IMG/VR virus record: IMGVR_UViG_3300047443_000115
Location: 27,589 to 91,588 of that record
From: a virus
Direction: 5' to 3' (one strand)
DNA length: 64,000 bases
The position numbers were made by a program, and so were the translations under genes. The first letter of the stretch is position 1; every line of letters begins with the position of its first letter. A model generated the notes under the pieces. The model was not told the DNA's origin. It did not search any database and saw only the letters and a program-made list of their open reading frames with translations. Below are positions 36,953 through 45,586 of the stretch, one piece after another.

Positions 36953-37299
36953 TTCCGCTGCTCCTTCAGCGCGACGAGCGTCTGCTCCCAGGACTCGAAG
37001 CGCAGGGCCCGGTCGTCGACGTACACCGTGGCGGCGAGCTTCCGGTTCGTGATCAGCAGCACCCCGCGCTCGTTCCAGAACGTCCCGTCGTAGCCAGTCC
37101 GACAGCTGAATCGGTGGTTGATCAGCCACTCGGCGACCTGGCCGACATCGCGGGTGGTGAAGACGAACACGGCGTCCTGCTCCATGAGAGCGCGTAGGCC
37201 GTCGAGAGCGCCGGGCAGGGGCGGGTCGTAGATCGTGCCGTCCTGCCAGCCCTTGCTGTAGGCGTGAATGACGCCATCAAAGTCGATCGCGAGAGTCAT
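36949..37299 (-). CDS. HAD-family phosphatase (capless)
   Basis: IDFDGVI motif I, FTTR motif II, K, YVDDRA motif IV. Confidence 0.8.
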   Translation of the reverse strand: MTLAIDFDGVIHAYSKGWQDGTIYDPPLPGALDGLRALMEQDAVFVFTTRDVGQVAEWLINHRFSCRTGYDGTFWNERGVLLITNRKLAATVYVDDRALRFESWEQTLVALKEQRK

Positions 37300-37360
37300 G
37301 GTGGTGGCCTTTCGGTTGGGCCCGGCCGGTCGTCCCGGCCGGGCAACGAGGCGGGGGTGG

Positions 37361-38152
37361 TCAGGCGGCTTCGATCAGGTCGGCGATCTTCTCTGCGGCT
37401 ATGACGCGCTGGACAGCGAGCTCGGCATTGGTCCGATCGATCTCGACAAGGAAGCACCGGCGGCCTTCGAGGATCGCGGCGACGCCCGTGGACCCGGACC
37501 CGGCGCACGGGTCGACAACGAGGTCACCGCGCACCGTGGACGATTCGATGAGCTGCGCCATCACCTGCCACGGCTTTTCCGTCGGATGCCGCAGCGTGCC
37601 GTTCGGCCGTGGCCAGCGGATGACAGACCCACGCCGCAGACGCGCAGTCAGTGCCCCCCGCCCGTCCTTCCGGTCGCTGGGGCGTTTGAAGTGCACTCCG
37701 AACGTGATCGGTTCGTGGCTGGTGGCCCACGCCGAGGCCACGTCACCGGCCCCCGGGATGACCTTGTCCCAGATGAGTTCGGTGGTAGCGCTGAGCCGGA
37801 GCGGCTTTGCCAGGGCAGAGGCGTCGTATCCGAAGACCATGACGTGCCGCTTGTCGGCCATACCGACGCTGCGGGTGCCGTCGGGTCCAACCCACTCGCC
37901 GAGCACTGCCGGCCAGTCCACGGAGCCGTCGTCGCCGGTGAGCTGTTCGAACTGCTTGGACCAGTTGGAGCGGTAGCCGATGCCGTAGGGCGGGTCGGTG
38001 GCCAGCAGCCCGTACTCACGCGGAACCCGGGCGATGATCTGCGGGTCGCGGCAGTCGCCCCAGGTGACCGTGGCGCGCGGGGACTGGTGGAGGATCTGGC
38101 CGCCGGGTGGCGGGGTGAGCGGGAGGTCGAGGGTGTCGGTGGTGAGGGTCAT
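37361..38152 (-). CDS. N6-adenine/N4-cytosine DNA methyltransferase (beta class)
   Basis: TDPPYG, HPTEKP, DPCAGSGST. Confidence 0.9.
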   Translation of the reverse strand: MTLTTDTLDLPLTPPPGGQILHQSPRATVTWGDCRDPQIIARVPREYGLLATDPPYGIGYRSNWSKQFEQLTGDDGSVDWPAVLGEWVGPDGTRSVGMADKRHVMVFGYDASALAKPLRLSATTELIWDKVIPGAGDVASAWATSHEPITFGVHFKRPSDRKDGRGALTARLRRGSVIRWPRPNGTLRHPTEKPWQVMAQLIESSTVRGDLVVDPCAGSGSTGVAAILEGRRCFLVEIDRTNAELAVQRVIAAEKIADLIEAA

Positions 38153-38264
38153 GGTCTTGGCCTTCCGGGTGGTGTCGGGTGTGTCGAGGAGCCGGGCACA
38201 GGCCCGGGGCTACGGGCGTTCCCCCCGCCGCCAGCCGGCGATGGCGCAGGCGGCGGCGAGGACG

Positions 38265-38450
38265 GACAGGGCGAGCTGGGGGAAGTTGACGTCCTCCCCG
38301 ACTAAATGCCGGGGATCCCCGCCTGCTCCCACCGCATGGGGGAGGGCTTCGGGTGGGTTGCTGCTTCGTCGCGCGGTGCCGGCACGAGTACCGGTCTTAC
38401 CTGCGCTCCACGGCCGTTTACGGTCTCCGCCCGTCCGGCGGCGACCTTTC
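38265..38450 (-). ncRNA. Predicted omega/reRNA (scaffold overlapping tnpB 3' end plus flanking guide); 5' end approximate
   Basis: Established TnpB architecture; right end ...GGACGTCAAC followed by TTCCCCCAGCTCGCCCTGTC. Confidence 0.6.
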
Positions 38451-39555
38451 GTCCTTCGGTTCGGATGTTGCGTGCCGCGTTGATGTCGCGGTCGTGCGTC
38501 ATGTCGCAGCCTTGGCACGTCCATGTGCGGACGTTGAGGGGCTTTGGGCCGTCCTTGAACCCGCACGCTGAGCAGAGCTGCGACGACGGGAAGAATCGGT
38601 CCACGCGGGCAAAGGTGCGCCCGTAGCGTGTGGCTTTGTACTCCAACATGGTCACGAACGCAGACCATCCGGCGTCGTTGACGGACCTGGAGAGGCGCGT
38701 GCGGGCAAGGCCGTTCACCGCGAGGTCTTCCACGTACACCGCTTGGTTCTCGCGGATGATCGTGGTCGACAGCTTGTGGTGAAAGTCCCGGCGCGCGTCC
38801 TTCACCTGGGCGTGAACCTTGGCGACCTTGATGACGGCCCTCTTGCGATTCGCGGAGCCCTTCGTCTTCCGGCTGAGAGCCCGCTGCGCCTTCTTCAGCT
38901 TGCGTTCGGCGCGGCGGAGGAACTTCGGTGATGCCACCTTGCGGCCGTCCGACAGCACCGCGAAGTGGGTGAGGCCAAGGTCGATGCCCACCTCGGGCGT
39001 GGTCTCCGGCAGCACCTCGGAGCCGTCTGTCATCACGACGAAGGAGGCGAAGTACCGGCCGGCCGCATCCTTGACCACAGTCACTGATGACGGAGTCGAG
39101 GGCAGGGCGCGGGACCACTTCACCCGCAGCTCGCCGACCTTGGCCACGTACAGGTGACCATTGGGGCGGATTGAGAAGCCGTTGCGGGTGAGGCGGATTG
39201 CCTGCCGGTTGTCCCGCCTGGACCGGAACCGGGGCGGGGCCACTTTCGGGCCCTTGCGCTTGCCCGTGGCCGAGGTGAAGAAATTTCGGTAGGCGGTGTG
39301 CAGGTCGGCGAGCGCCTGAACCAGAACGACCGAGGACACCTCTGCCAACCATGCCCGCTCGGGGGTCTGTTTCGCGGCGGTGATGACCTGCTTCTGGAGG
39401 TCGGTGTCCTTGAGGTACGGCAGCCCCGCCGCACGGGCGTCCTGTCGGGCCCTCAGGGCGTCGTTGAAGACCGCGCGGGCGCAGCCGAAGGCGCGGGCGA
39501 GTTGCTGTTCCTGGCTGGGGGTGGGGTAGAGCCGGAAGTTGTACCTGAGCTGCAC
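38302..39555 (-). CDS. tnpB: RNA-guided nuclease TnpB, RuvC triad intact
   Basis: YNFRLYPT N terminus; GIDLG, YVEDL, CSAC/CQGC, DRDINAARNI. Confidence 0.95.
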   Translation of the reverse strand: MQLRYNFRLYPTPSQEQQLARAFGCARAVFNDALRARQDARAAGLPYLKDTDLQKQVITAAKQTPERAWLAEVSSVVLVQALADLHTAYRNFFTSATGKRKGPKVAPPRFRSRRDNRQAIRLTRNGFSIRPNGHLYVAKVGELRVKWSRALPSTPSSVTVVKDAAGRYFASFVVMTDGSEVLPETTPEVGIDLGLTHFAVLSDGRKVASPKFLRRAERKLKKAQRALSRKTKGSANRKRAVIKVAKVHAQVKDARRDFHHKLSTTIIRENQAVYVEDLAVNGLARTRLSRSVNDAGWSAFVTMLEYKATRYGRTFARVDRFFPSSQLCSACGFKDGPKPLNVRTWTCQGCDMTHDRDINAARNIRTEGRKVAAGRAETVNGRGAQVRPVLVPAPRDEAATHPKPSPMRWEQAGIPGI

Positions 39556-39634
39556 CCCGCACCCCCTGATCAAGTAGTTGAACTACTCCAAGCATAGCAG
39601 TAGCCGACCTATCGCATGCCGGTATCGTGAACCC

Positions 39635-39841
39635 ATGGAGATCCCCGGCTACCTGACGACCGAGCAGGCCGCGAAGCGCCTCGGCATCAACCCGCAGAGC
39701 GTCTACAACCTCGCCAACCGGGCCTCCGACTTCCCCAAGCCCGTCAAGGTCGGCCGCGCATCCCTCTGGCCCGAGGCCGGGATCGATGCCTGGCGAGCCG
39801 CACACCCTGCGCGACGGCGGCGGCAGCCCCCGACTGCCTGA
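39635..39841 (+). CDS. AlpA/excisionase-like HTH protein
   Basis: YLTTEQAAKRLGINPQSVYNL...FPKPVKVGRASLW; leaderless -10 TATCGT. Confidence 0.8.
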   Translation: MEIPGYLTTEQAAKRLGINPQSVYNLANRASDFPKPVKVGRASLWPEAGIDAWRAAHPARRRRQPPTA

Positions 39842-39858
39842 CGGTTGAAGGTCGGCAT

Positions 39859-40377
39859 TCAGTTCGGGCATGACGGGGCCTCACGGTCGATCGGGTGGCT
39901 TGCGGCTGTCGCTGGCGCCCTGGGGCTCGAAGCTGGCCCAGGACCGTCGGAGGCTGCGAGGCCGGGAGAACCCCCGTGGAGCGCGTTCTCAGCCTCGCTA
40001 GGGGTGGAGTCGCCGGAGCGCCCGGCGCGCGGCGCCCTCCCGTCCCCGTTGAAGCCCGCCCCGTCGTCACCAGAGCGCCCCGCAGCATCCCGGCGGGGCT
40101 CGGGAGCCTCCGCGCAGCCTGAGAGCCCCTGAGGGCCGCCCCTGGGATTCCGGCGGGCAGCCTTCGCGGCAGCACGGCGGGCCGCTCGGTTCGCCCGTGG
40201 CGGCTGCGGCAGGTTCATCCCGGGCGTCGCCGTCTCCGACGCGAAGCCCTCCGCCCACCCGAACGGCGATCCGTCGTCATCCGGGACCACCACCTCGCCC
40301 AGCGACCTGAGCTCGGTCTCCCACGTGGCGCCCGGTTTCCCCGCACGCTCACCGCGAGGCGACGACGGGCCGGTCAC
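39859..40377 (-). CDS. Hypothetical low-complexity protein
   Basis: Coupled at both ends. Confidence 0.45.
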   Translation of the reverse strand: MTGPSSPRGERAGKPGATWETELRSLGEVVVPDDDGSPFGWAEGFASETATPGMNLPQPPRANRAARRAAAKAARRNPRGGPQGLSGCAEAPEPRRDAAGRSGDDGAGFNGDGRAPRAGRSGDSTPSEAENALHGGSPGLAASDGPGPASSPRAPATAASHPIDREAPSCPN

Positions 40378-40805
40378 TGGGCGTCCCGCCGTGGCTCAAC
40401 GTCCGACGGGGCGGCGAACGCTGCCTCCTTGGGCGTGGTGTCGACGAACGACTCCAGCGGCAGCGGCGAGTTTGCGACGAGCAGCAGCCAGTCGCCATGG
40501 CACGGGTCGCCGACCTTGCACCAGCACATGAGCGTCTTGCCTGCCAGCTGCTCCCGGATTCGGCGCAGGTACTCGACGTCGTGGGTGCGGGCGTTGCGGT
40601 AGCTGTCGACGGCCTGCTGCTGGGTGAGCGGCTCGTGCGGTCGGCGGTCGATCCAGCCGCCCGGCAGGACCGTGTGGCCGGTGTCGCCGACCCTCCACGA
40701 GTTCGACCAGACCGAGGGGCGGCCTACGTAGAGCGCACCTTCAGGGGCGGACCATCCGGCCGTGCGGCGGCGTTGGATGCGGGCGGGCTTGCTGGGTTCG
40801 GACAT
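40374..40805 (-). CDS. DUF4326 domain protein
   Basis: YVGRPSVWSN...LAGKTLMCWC....CHGDWL. Confidence 0.85.
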   Translation of the reverse strand: MSEPSKPARIQRRRTAGWSAPEGALYVGRPSVWSNSWRVGDTGHTVLPGGWIDRRPHEPLTQQQAVDSYRNARTHDVEYLRRIREQLAGKTLMCWCKVGDPCHGDWLLLVANSPLPLESFVDTTPKEAAFAAPSDVEPRRDAQ

Positions 40806-40887
40806 CAGATGTCTCCGGTCTGTCCTGGTATCACCCGGTTGGCGTACCTGGCGGGATGGCGGGCGGGGATGTCTGGATGGGAGGGAG

Positions 40888-42693
40888 TCAGGCGGCGGCA
40901 CTGAAGGCGGGGGCTGCGGCGGCGTATCGGTCCAGCTCCTCGCCGGCCACGGCTTCGACGAGGGCGCAGACGATGACCTCGGCGGCGTTCGGGGTAACGG
41001 CGTTGCCATATTGTCTGACTTTTTCCCGCTTTGACCCGATCACGATGTACTGGTCGGCGAAGCTCATCGCCCGGCCGATCTCGTGGGGTTCGAGCATCCG
41101 GAACAGCACGTCCTCGATGTCGACCTCGCCCTTGACCAGGGCGTAGTGATCGCGCGTCATCATCGTGCCGACCGGCTCAGCGACCGTCCTGGCCACACCC
41201 TTGCCGTAGTACGGCACCAGCAGGTGCTCCCAGGTGACGAGCGACTGGTGGCCGGCGGTGGTCAGCGACCGGAGCGGCTCGTTGACGGGGGTGCTGAGGT
41301 ATCCGGAGTCGCCGCGCGCCGAGTTGTTGCGCATGACCATGGCGGCCGTGTCCGGCATGACGAGCCCGTGGTGGTTCCCGGACGCGGTGACCGTCGCGAG
41401 GGCGTCACCCACGGACCGGGCCACGGAACCGCCGCCGCGCAGCTCCGCGACGAACGGCAGCCAGGCGAGCCCGGTCTCGTTGCGGGCAGTCTGGGTACGC
41501 AGCGGCAGGTTGGCGCTCGACGGCTCCTTGCCGTCGCGGCCCTCGACGGGGATCAGCAGCGGCGGGATCGCTATGCCGTCGTTCTCCCGCGTCGTCCTCG
41601 TCGACATCGGCTCCGACACCGGGCTCGGGGCGTCGCGCCAGGTTCCGCCGGCCGGGACCATGAACGGCTCGTAGGCCATGGCCTTCGTCGCCGTCGTGGT
41701 CTGGGTGGTGAGCGGCGCGTCGATCGGCCAGGTGCGGACGCCCGGGCGCCGCTCGAACGTGTTGCCCGCGGCCTCCAGCGAGATTGGCCGGGCGAACTTC
41801 TTCAGCCCGGCCTGGATGCGGGCGAGCGTCTTGTCGGCGAGGGGCTTGGCCCGGTCGCCGATCCGCTGGCCCGGCAGGCTCCAGTCGATCGCCACGGCGG
41901 CCGGGAGCGTCTCGGGCTCGACGACCTGGTTGCGGCACTTCACCTGCGGGCAGCGGTACACGTACTGCTGCCGGTAGCGGCCCATGTCGCGGGCCGGGTC
42001 CTTGAACGCCTGGACCGCCTGGACCCACTCCTCGCAGCCCGTGCACCAGGCGCGCGGCCGGAGCCACTTGTTCCAGTCCGGGGTCCGGCCCAGCGACTCG
42101 TGCCAGTACGCCACGTAAAGGCGATCGCGGCTCTGAGGCGCACGGTGGACCGCACGCGGGTCGGCGTGCATCGAGTTCAGGGCGATCACGCGGGTCAGAT
42201 AGCCGAGCTTCTTGATCTCCCCGATCCAACGGTCCCACTGATCCCAGGCCCGCACGTCCACGACGTTCTCGACGACGCCGGCCTTCACCAGGCCGCCGCG
42301 CTCCTGAACGCCCCGCAGGTACAGCGGCACTTCCTCCATCAGCGCCCGGGACCGCTCGACCTCCTCCGACGGGGCCGTCTCGCCGAACAGGTCGTCCTGC
42401 AGCGAGTTGGCGAAGTCCCGCTTCTTGCCTCGGGCGTTCGACCACTGCGGGCACTCGGGGCTGGCCCAGAAGATGTCCGTGACGGGCCACTTCTCGACCG
42501 GGGCCTCACGGATGTCGCCGCGGTAGTGGTCGACCTCGGGGAAGTTCGCGGCGTGCGACTCGATCGCGCGGGCCCAGTGGTTCGCGGCGCGCTCTACCCG
42601 GACGCCGGGGATGGAGTGCATGCCCTGCGAGCTGCCTCCCGCGCCACAGAACCAGTCCATAACGGTCAGGGCGTCGTTGTCGTATCGGGTCAT
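40888..42693 (-). CDS. C5-cytosine DNA methyltransferase
   Basis: DWFCGAGG, WASPEC, ENV, QSRDR, QYGNAV. Confidence 0.92.
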   Translation of the reverse strand: MTRYDNDALTVMDWFCGAGGSSQGMHSIPGVRVERAANHWARAIESHAANFPEVDHYRGDIREAPVEKWPVTDIFWASPECPQWSNARGKKRDFANSLQDDLFGETAPSEEVERSRALMEEVPLYLRGVQERGGLVKAGVVENVVDVRAWDQWDRWIGEIKKLGYLTRVIALNSMHADPRAVHRAPQSRDRLYVAYWHESLGRTPDWNKWLRPRAWCTGCEEWVQAVQAFKDPARDMGRYRQQYVYRCPQVKCRNQVVEPETLPAAVAIDWSLPGQRIGDRAKPLADKTLARIQAGLKKFARPISLEAAGNTFERRPGVRTWPIDAPLTTQTTTATKAMAYEPFMVPAGGTWRDAPSPVSEPMSTRTTRENDGIAIPPLLIPVEGRDGKEPSSANLPLRTQTARNETGLAWLPFVAELRGGGSVARSVGDALATVTASGNHHGLVMPDTAAMVMRNNSARGDSGYLSTPVNEPLRSLTTAGHQSLVTWEHLLVPYYGKGVARTVAEPVGTMMTRDHYALVKGEVDIEDVLFRMLEPHEIGRAMSFADQYIVIGSKREKVRQYGNAVTPNAAEVIVCALVEAVAGEELDRYAAAAPAFSAAA

Positions 42694-43028
42694 CAGCTGG
42701 CCTTCCTGGCGTCGCGTGCGGGCTGGCAAACGGGCTGGTCGGGGGCCCGTCGCACGGTGAGGTGCGGGGGGTGGTTGCGGTACACGGCGGCCGCGAGCAG
42801 TTCCCGGTTGGCGGTCTTCTGCTCGGCGCTGAGCGGCTCCCGGTAGCGGTTCCGTATCGGGACCGGCGCCTCTTCGGCGGTCAGCCGGTCGAGGACGCGA
42901 ACCGACGGCATGCCCAGGGCCTGCCGGGTGCGGTGGACGGTGGTGCGGTCGCAGCCCAGCTCGTGGGCGATGCGGGTGTCGGTGTGGCCCGCGCGGATGC
43001 CGTCAGCGATGTCGTCACGGATCTTCAC
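42693..43028 (-). CDS. HTH DNA-binding protein
   Basis: TDTRIAHELGCDRTTVHRTR. Confidence 0.65.
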   Translation of the reverse strand: MKIRDDIADGIRAGHTDTRIAHELGCDRTTVHRTRQALGMPSVRVLDRLTAEEAPVPIRNRYREPLSAEQKTANRELLAAAVYRNHPPHLTVRRAPDQPVCQPARDARKAS

Positions 43029-43336
43029 GCGGCGGTCTCCTCGGCCTCGGTCTGCCGCCGCGGGTGAACGTCGCCGCCGTGGAGCGGCTGGCCGGCCTCG
43101 TGGCAGTCGACGCCCGGCGCGACCTGGCAGACGGGGCACACGGCGGTGGCGCGCACCCAGGCGGAGATGCGGGCCGGGTGGGGCTGCGGCATCTGGCGGC
43201 GCTTCGAGATCGTCGTGCACGGCCGGTGCTCATGCGCCAGGCAGTGCGGGCAGGCAACCGCGCGGGCCGGGTGGGCCTTGGCGCGGAGGAAGTGGCGGAC
43301 CGAGTCGGGCATCTCGGCGGCAGGACGGCGGGTCAT
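43025..43336 (-). CDS. Tandem phage zinc-finger protein
   Basis: Two CPxC...C...HPxR units. Confidence 0.7.
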   Translation of the reverse strand: MTRRPAAEMPDSVRHFLRAKAHPARAVACPHCLAHEHRPCTTISKRRQMPQPHPARISAWVRATAVCPVCQVAPGVDCHEAGQPLHGGDVHPRRQTEAEETAA

Positions 43337-43656
43337 CGGGTGCTCCTCGGGTCTTCGGTGGGTGGCGTGCATCCGCACTCGCAGCGGTACTGGCCGGGCG
43401 GACTGCCGGCGCGAAGCCAGGCGCGGTGCTCCTCGGTAGCCGCGGCCCACGCTTCGGGCGGCTGGGGTGGGACTGGACCAGGTGGGCTGGTGCCGGTTGG
43501 CCAGGCGCCGGGCCGGTGGCCGGGAATCGGGGGCGCGACCTTCACGGGTTTCGCGGTGCGGCGGGCGAGGCCCTCGCGGATCTGCTGGCGCATGAAGGCC
43601 GACAGGTCCTTCTGCTGGCGCATTTCGTGGATGTCGGCCTCGTCGAAGTCGGTCAT
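43333..43656 (-). CDS. Hypothetical protein
   Basis: Coupled ORF. Confidence 0.6.
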   Translation of the reverse strand: MTDFDEADIHEMRQQKDLSAFMRQQIREGLARRTAKPVKVAPPIPGHRPGAWPTGTSPPGPVPPQPPEAWAAATEEHRAWLRAGSPPGQYRCECGCTPPTEDPRSTR

Positions 43657-44393
43657 GACGCATCGACCCCCGCGGCGGATGCGGGCTGTTCGCCGAAGCC
43701 GTCGGCCGGCTCAGGCTTCGCATCGGACGGCAGCGCGGCCAGGTAGGCACGGGAAGCGGCCTTGCGGCGCGCGATCTCCGCACTCGCCTCCGAGTCATCC
43801 GGCGACAGTCCAGGCACCTCGCCGCCAGAAGCCAGTACGCGCGCGGGGTGCACCGGGCGCTCCTTGCCGCTCCCGAACCGGCACGGCCGGCCGATAACCG
43901 CATGGCACTTCGGGCACTCCACTCCGAGCGGGCCCGGGCGCTTGACCTTCTCGACCTCGCCGTCCTCGCCCGGCACCTCCCGGAACGCGCCCTTGAGCTC
44001 CTTCGCCACCGACGGATGCGGACCACCCGTCAGCGCCGGAGCGTCCGACGGGCCCACAGCCCGACCGCTGCCTATCGCGTCCAACTGGCCGCGAAGCCGG
44101 GCGAGGTACAGGGGGTCGCGGTCGCCGGATGGCGGCTCGTAGATGAAGTTCTCCAGCCGCTCCGAACGGATGATCTTGCGGTGGGTGCGGACATCGTGCG
44201 GCTGGATCCACAGGCGCTGACCGGCCTCCTTCGGCGGGGTGCCGTAGAACCGGGCGACGGCATCGAAGGCGTCCTGGTCGAGCGGAACGTCCCTGAGGGC
44301 GGTCGCCCACGCACGCTTGGCGATCTGGCTCGGCTGGCGGTTGTCGAAAGCGGCGCAGGCAGCGAGGAGGCGCTGAGCCTCGTCGGGGGTCAT
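43653..44393 (-). CDS. Putative helicase loader/inhibitor with C-terminal zinc finger
   Basis: LLAACAAFDNR...AW...L; directly follows the initiator. Confidence 0.6.
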   Translation of the reverse strand: MTPDEAQRLLAACAAFDNRQPSQIAKRAWATALRDVPLDQDAFDAVARFYGTPPKEAGQRLWIQPHDVRTHRKIIRSERLENFIYEPPSGDRDPLYLARLRGQLDAIGSGRAVGPSDAPALTGGPHPSVAKELKGAFREVPGEDGEVEKVKRPGPLGVECPKCHAVIGRPCRFGSGKERPVHPARVLASGGEVPGLSPDDSEASAEIARRKAASRAYLAALPSDAKPEPADGFGEQPASAAGVDAS

Positions 44394-45586
44394 GAACTCT
44401 CCTCAGAGGGCAGGGCGAGCCAGCCGGCGACCTTCGCGTCGGTGCCGACGAGGGTCTGGCCGGTGGGCAGTTGGATGACGTTGCTGGCAGATGTGGCCTT
44501 GCGGATGTCAGCGAAGGCGAACTGGAGGGTTCCGGCGCTGACCGGCTTGCTGGTCTCGCCGAGGCGGAGGAGTGCGCGCCCCAACTCCTCGGGCTCGACG
44601 CCGTTGGCGAGGGAGTCGACGATCACCTGGCGCACCTGGCGGCGCTTGTAGGTGTTGCCCCGACTGAAGCGGTCGAGGAAGTCGTCGACCATCCGGTCAG
44701 GAAGGGCCCTGCCCGTCTGCACGATGGCGGGCGCGTGGGCGTGATCACCGGAAGGGGGTAGGGGGGTTCCCTTCCCTTCCCTGTTCCCTTCCCTTCCCTT
44801 CCCTTCCAGCAGTGAATGGTTCAGTGAGTCATTCACTGAATGGTTCACTGAGTGGTTCAGTGAATGAATCTCACCGTGCGTATATGACTCGTAGCCTTCG
44901 GATCCACTCTCGTCACGGTGCGCGGTCGCGCTCTCGTGATCCCGGTTCACAGGTCCGTTCACTGAACGATTCACTGAGTGATTCAGTGAATCGTTCAGAC
45001 CGTCGAGTTCCATGGGCGGAATGAACTCTTCGTCCGGTCCGCCCCGGGGGCTGTTGCCACACGCCTGGTGGAGCGCGCGGACGTTGGACGGGTGCTCCGT
45101 CCCACCGGCGCTCTGCGGCCGGATGTAGCCGATCGTCAGGTTGTGCGCCTCGTTCCGCACGGGGCGATCGGGGATGCCGCCGCCGCACAGCTGGCACGTC
45201 CACGCGTCCCGACGGCCGTACATCCGCCGCGTCTCGCCGTTCTGCAGAGACGGCGGAGGCAGCTTGCTCTTCTGCGGCCGGTTGATCCTCTGGTGCTTCC
45301 GGAAGTTGACCACCACGGCCATCTGCTGACGGGCCACGCCGGCGATGTACGGGAAGACGAGGCCGGCGTCGGCCAGGCAGTGCATGAGCTTGCCGACGTC
45401 GGACACGGCGAGGTCGTCGTCGTACATGAACGCCGACGCCTTCAAGTACGAGGGCGTCCAGCGCAGGAGGCCTTCGTCGTCGGCCAGGTTGAAGGTTGCG
45501 ATGAAGAGGAGGCGGGCGTCCCGCGGGAGGACGCCGAGGAGCTCATCCTCCCAAAACTCCGGTTTCACAGTTCGGATGCGAGCCAT
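44390..45586 (-). CDS. Phage replication initiator with inserted degenerate HNH domain
   Basis: MARIRTVKPEFW.D...ARLLFI...ADDEG, NFRKHQ; internal iterons. Confidence 0.8.
   Translation of the reverse strand: MARIRTVKPEFWEDELLGVLPRDARLLFIATFNLADDEGLLRWTPSYLKASAFMYDDDLAVSDVGKLMHCLADAGLVFPYIAGVARQQMAVVVNFRKHQRINRPQKSKLPPPSLQNGETRRMYGRRDAWTCQLCGGGIPDRPVRNEAHNLTIGYIRPQSAGGTEHPSNVRALHQACGNSPRGGPDEEFIPPMELDGLNDSLNHSVNRSVNGPVNRDHESATAHRDESGSEGYESYTHGEIHSLNHSVNHSVNDSLNHSLLEGKGREGNREGKGTPLPPSGDHAHAPAIVQTGRALPDRMVDDFLDRFSRGNTYKRRQVRQVIVDSLANGVEPEELGRALLRLGETSKPVSAGTLQFAFADIRKATSASNVIQLPTGQTLVGTDAKVAGWLALPSEESS
44770..44998. repeat. Putative replication origin: TTCA(G/C)TGA iterons plus CCCTT run
   Basis: Two clusters of 12-bp-period repeats (44811-44872, 44945-44998) in an AT-richer patch; (CCCTT)n at 44770-44806. 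Confidence 0.75.

Larger units (their letters stand above)
38285..39843 (-). mobile_element. Transposase-less IS200/IS605-type cassette (tnpB plus divergent HTH)
   Basis: TCAAC at both junctions; removal restores a 29-aa ORF; right-end hairpin TCCCCG...CGGGGA before GTCAAC. Confidence 0.75.

Noticed and set aside
38302-39555. TnpB as nuclease-dead TldR or as an IStron
   Set aside because: All three RuvC acidic residues are present, and there is no room for a group I intron core
38210-39871. 553-aa ORF spanning the whole TnpB cassette (possible read-through fusion)
   Set aside because: Arg/Gly/Pro-rich alternative frame of tnpB typical of high-GC DNA; the ATG at 39858 in another frame explains the empty site better
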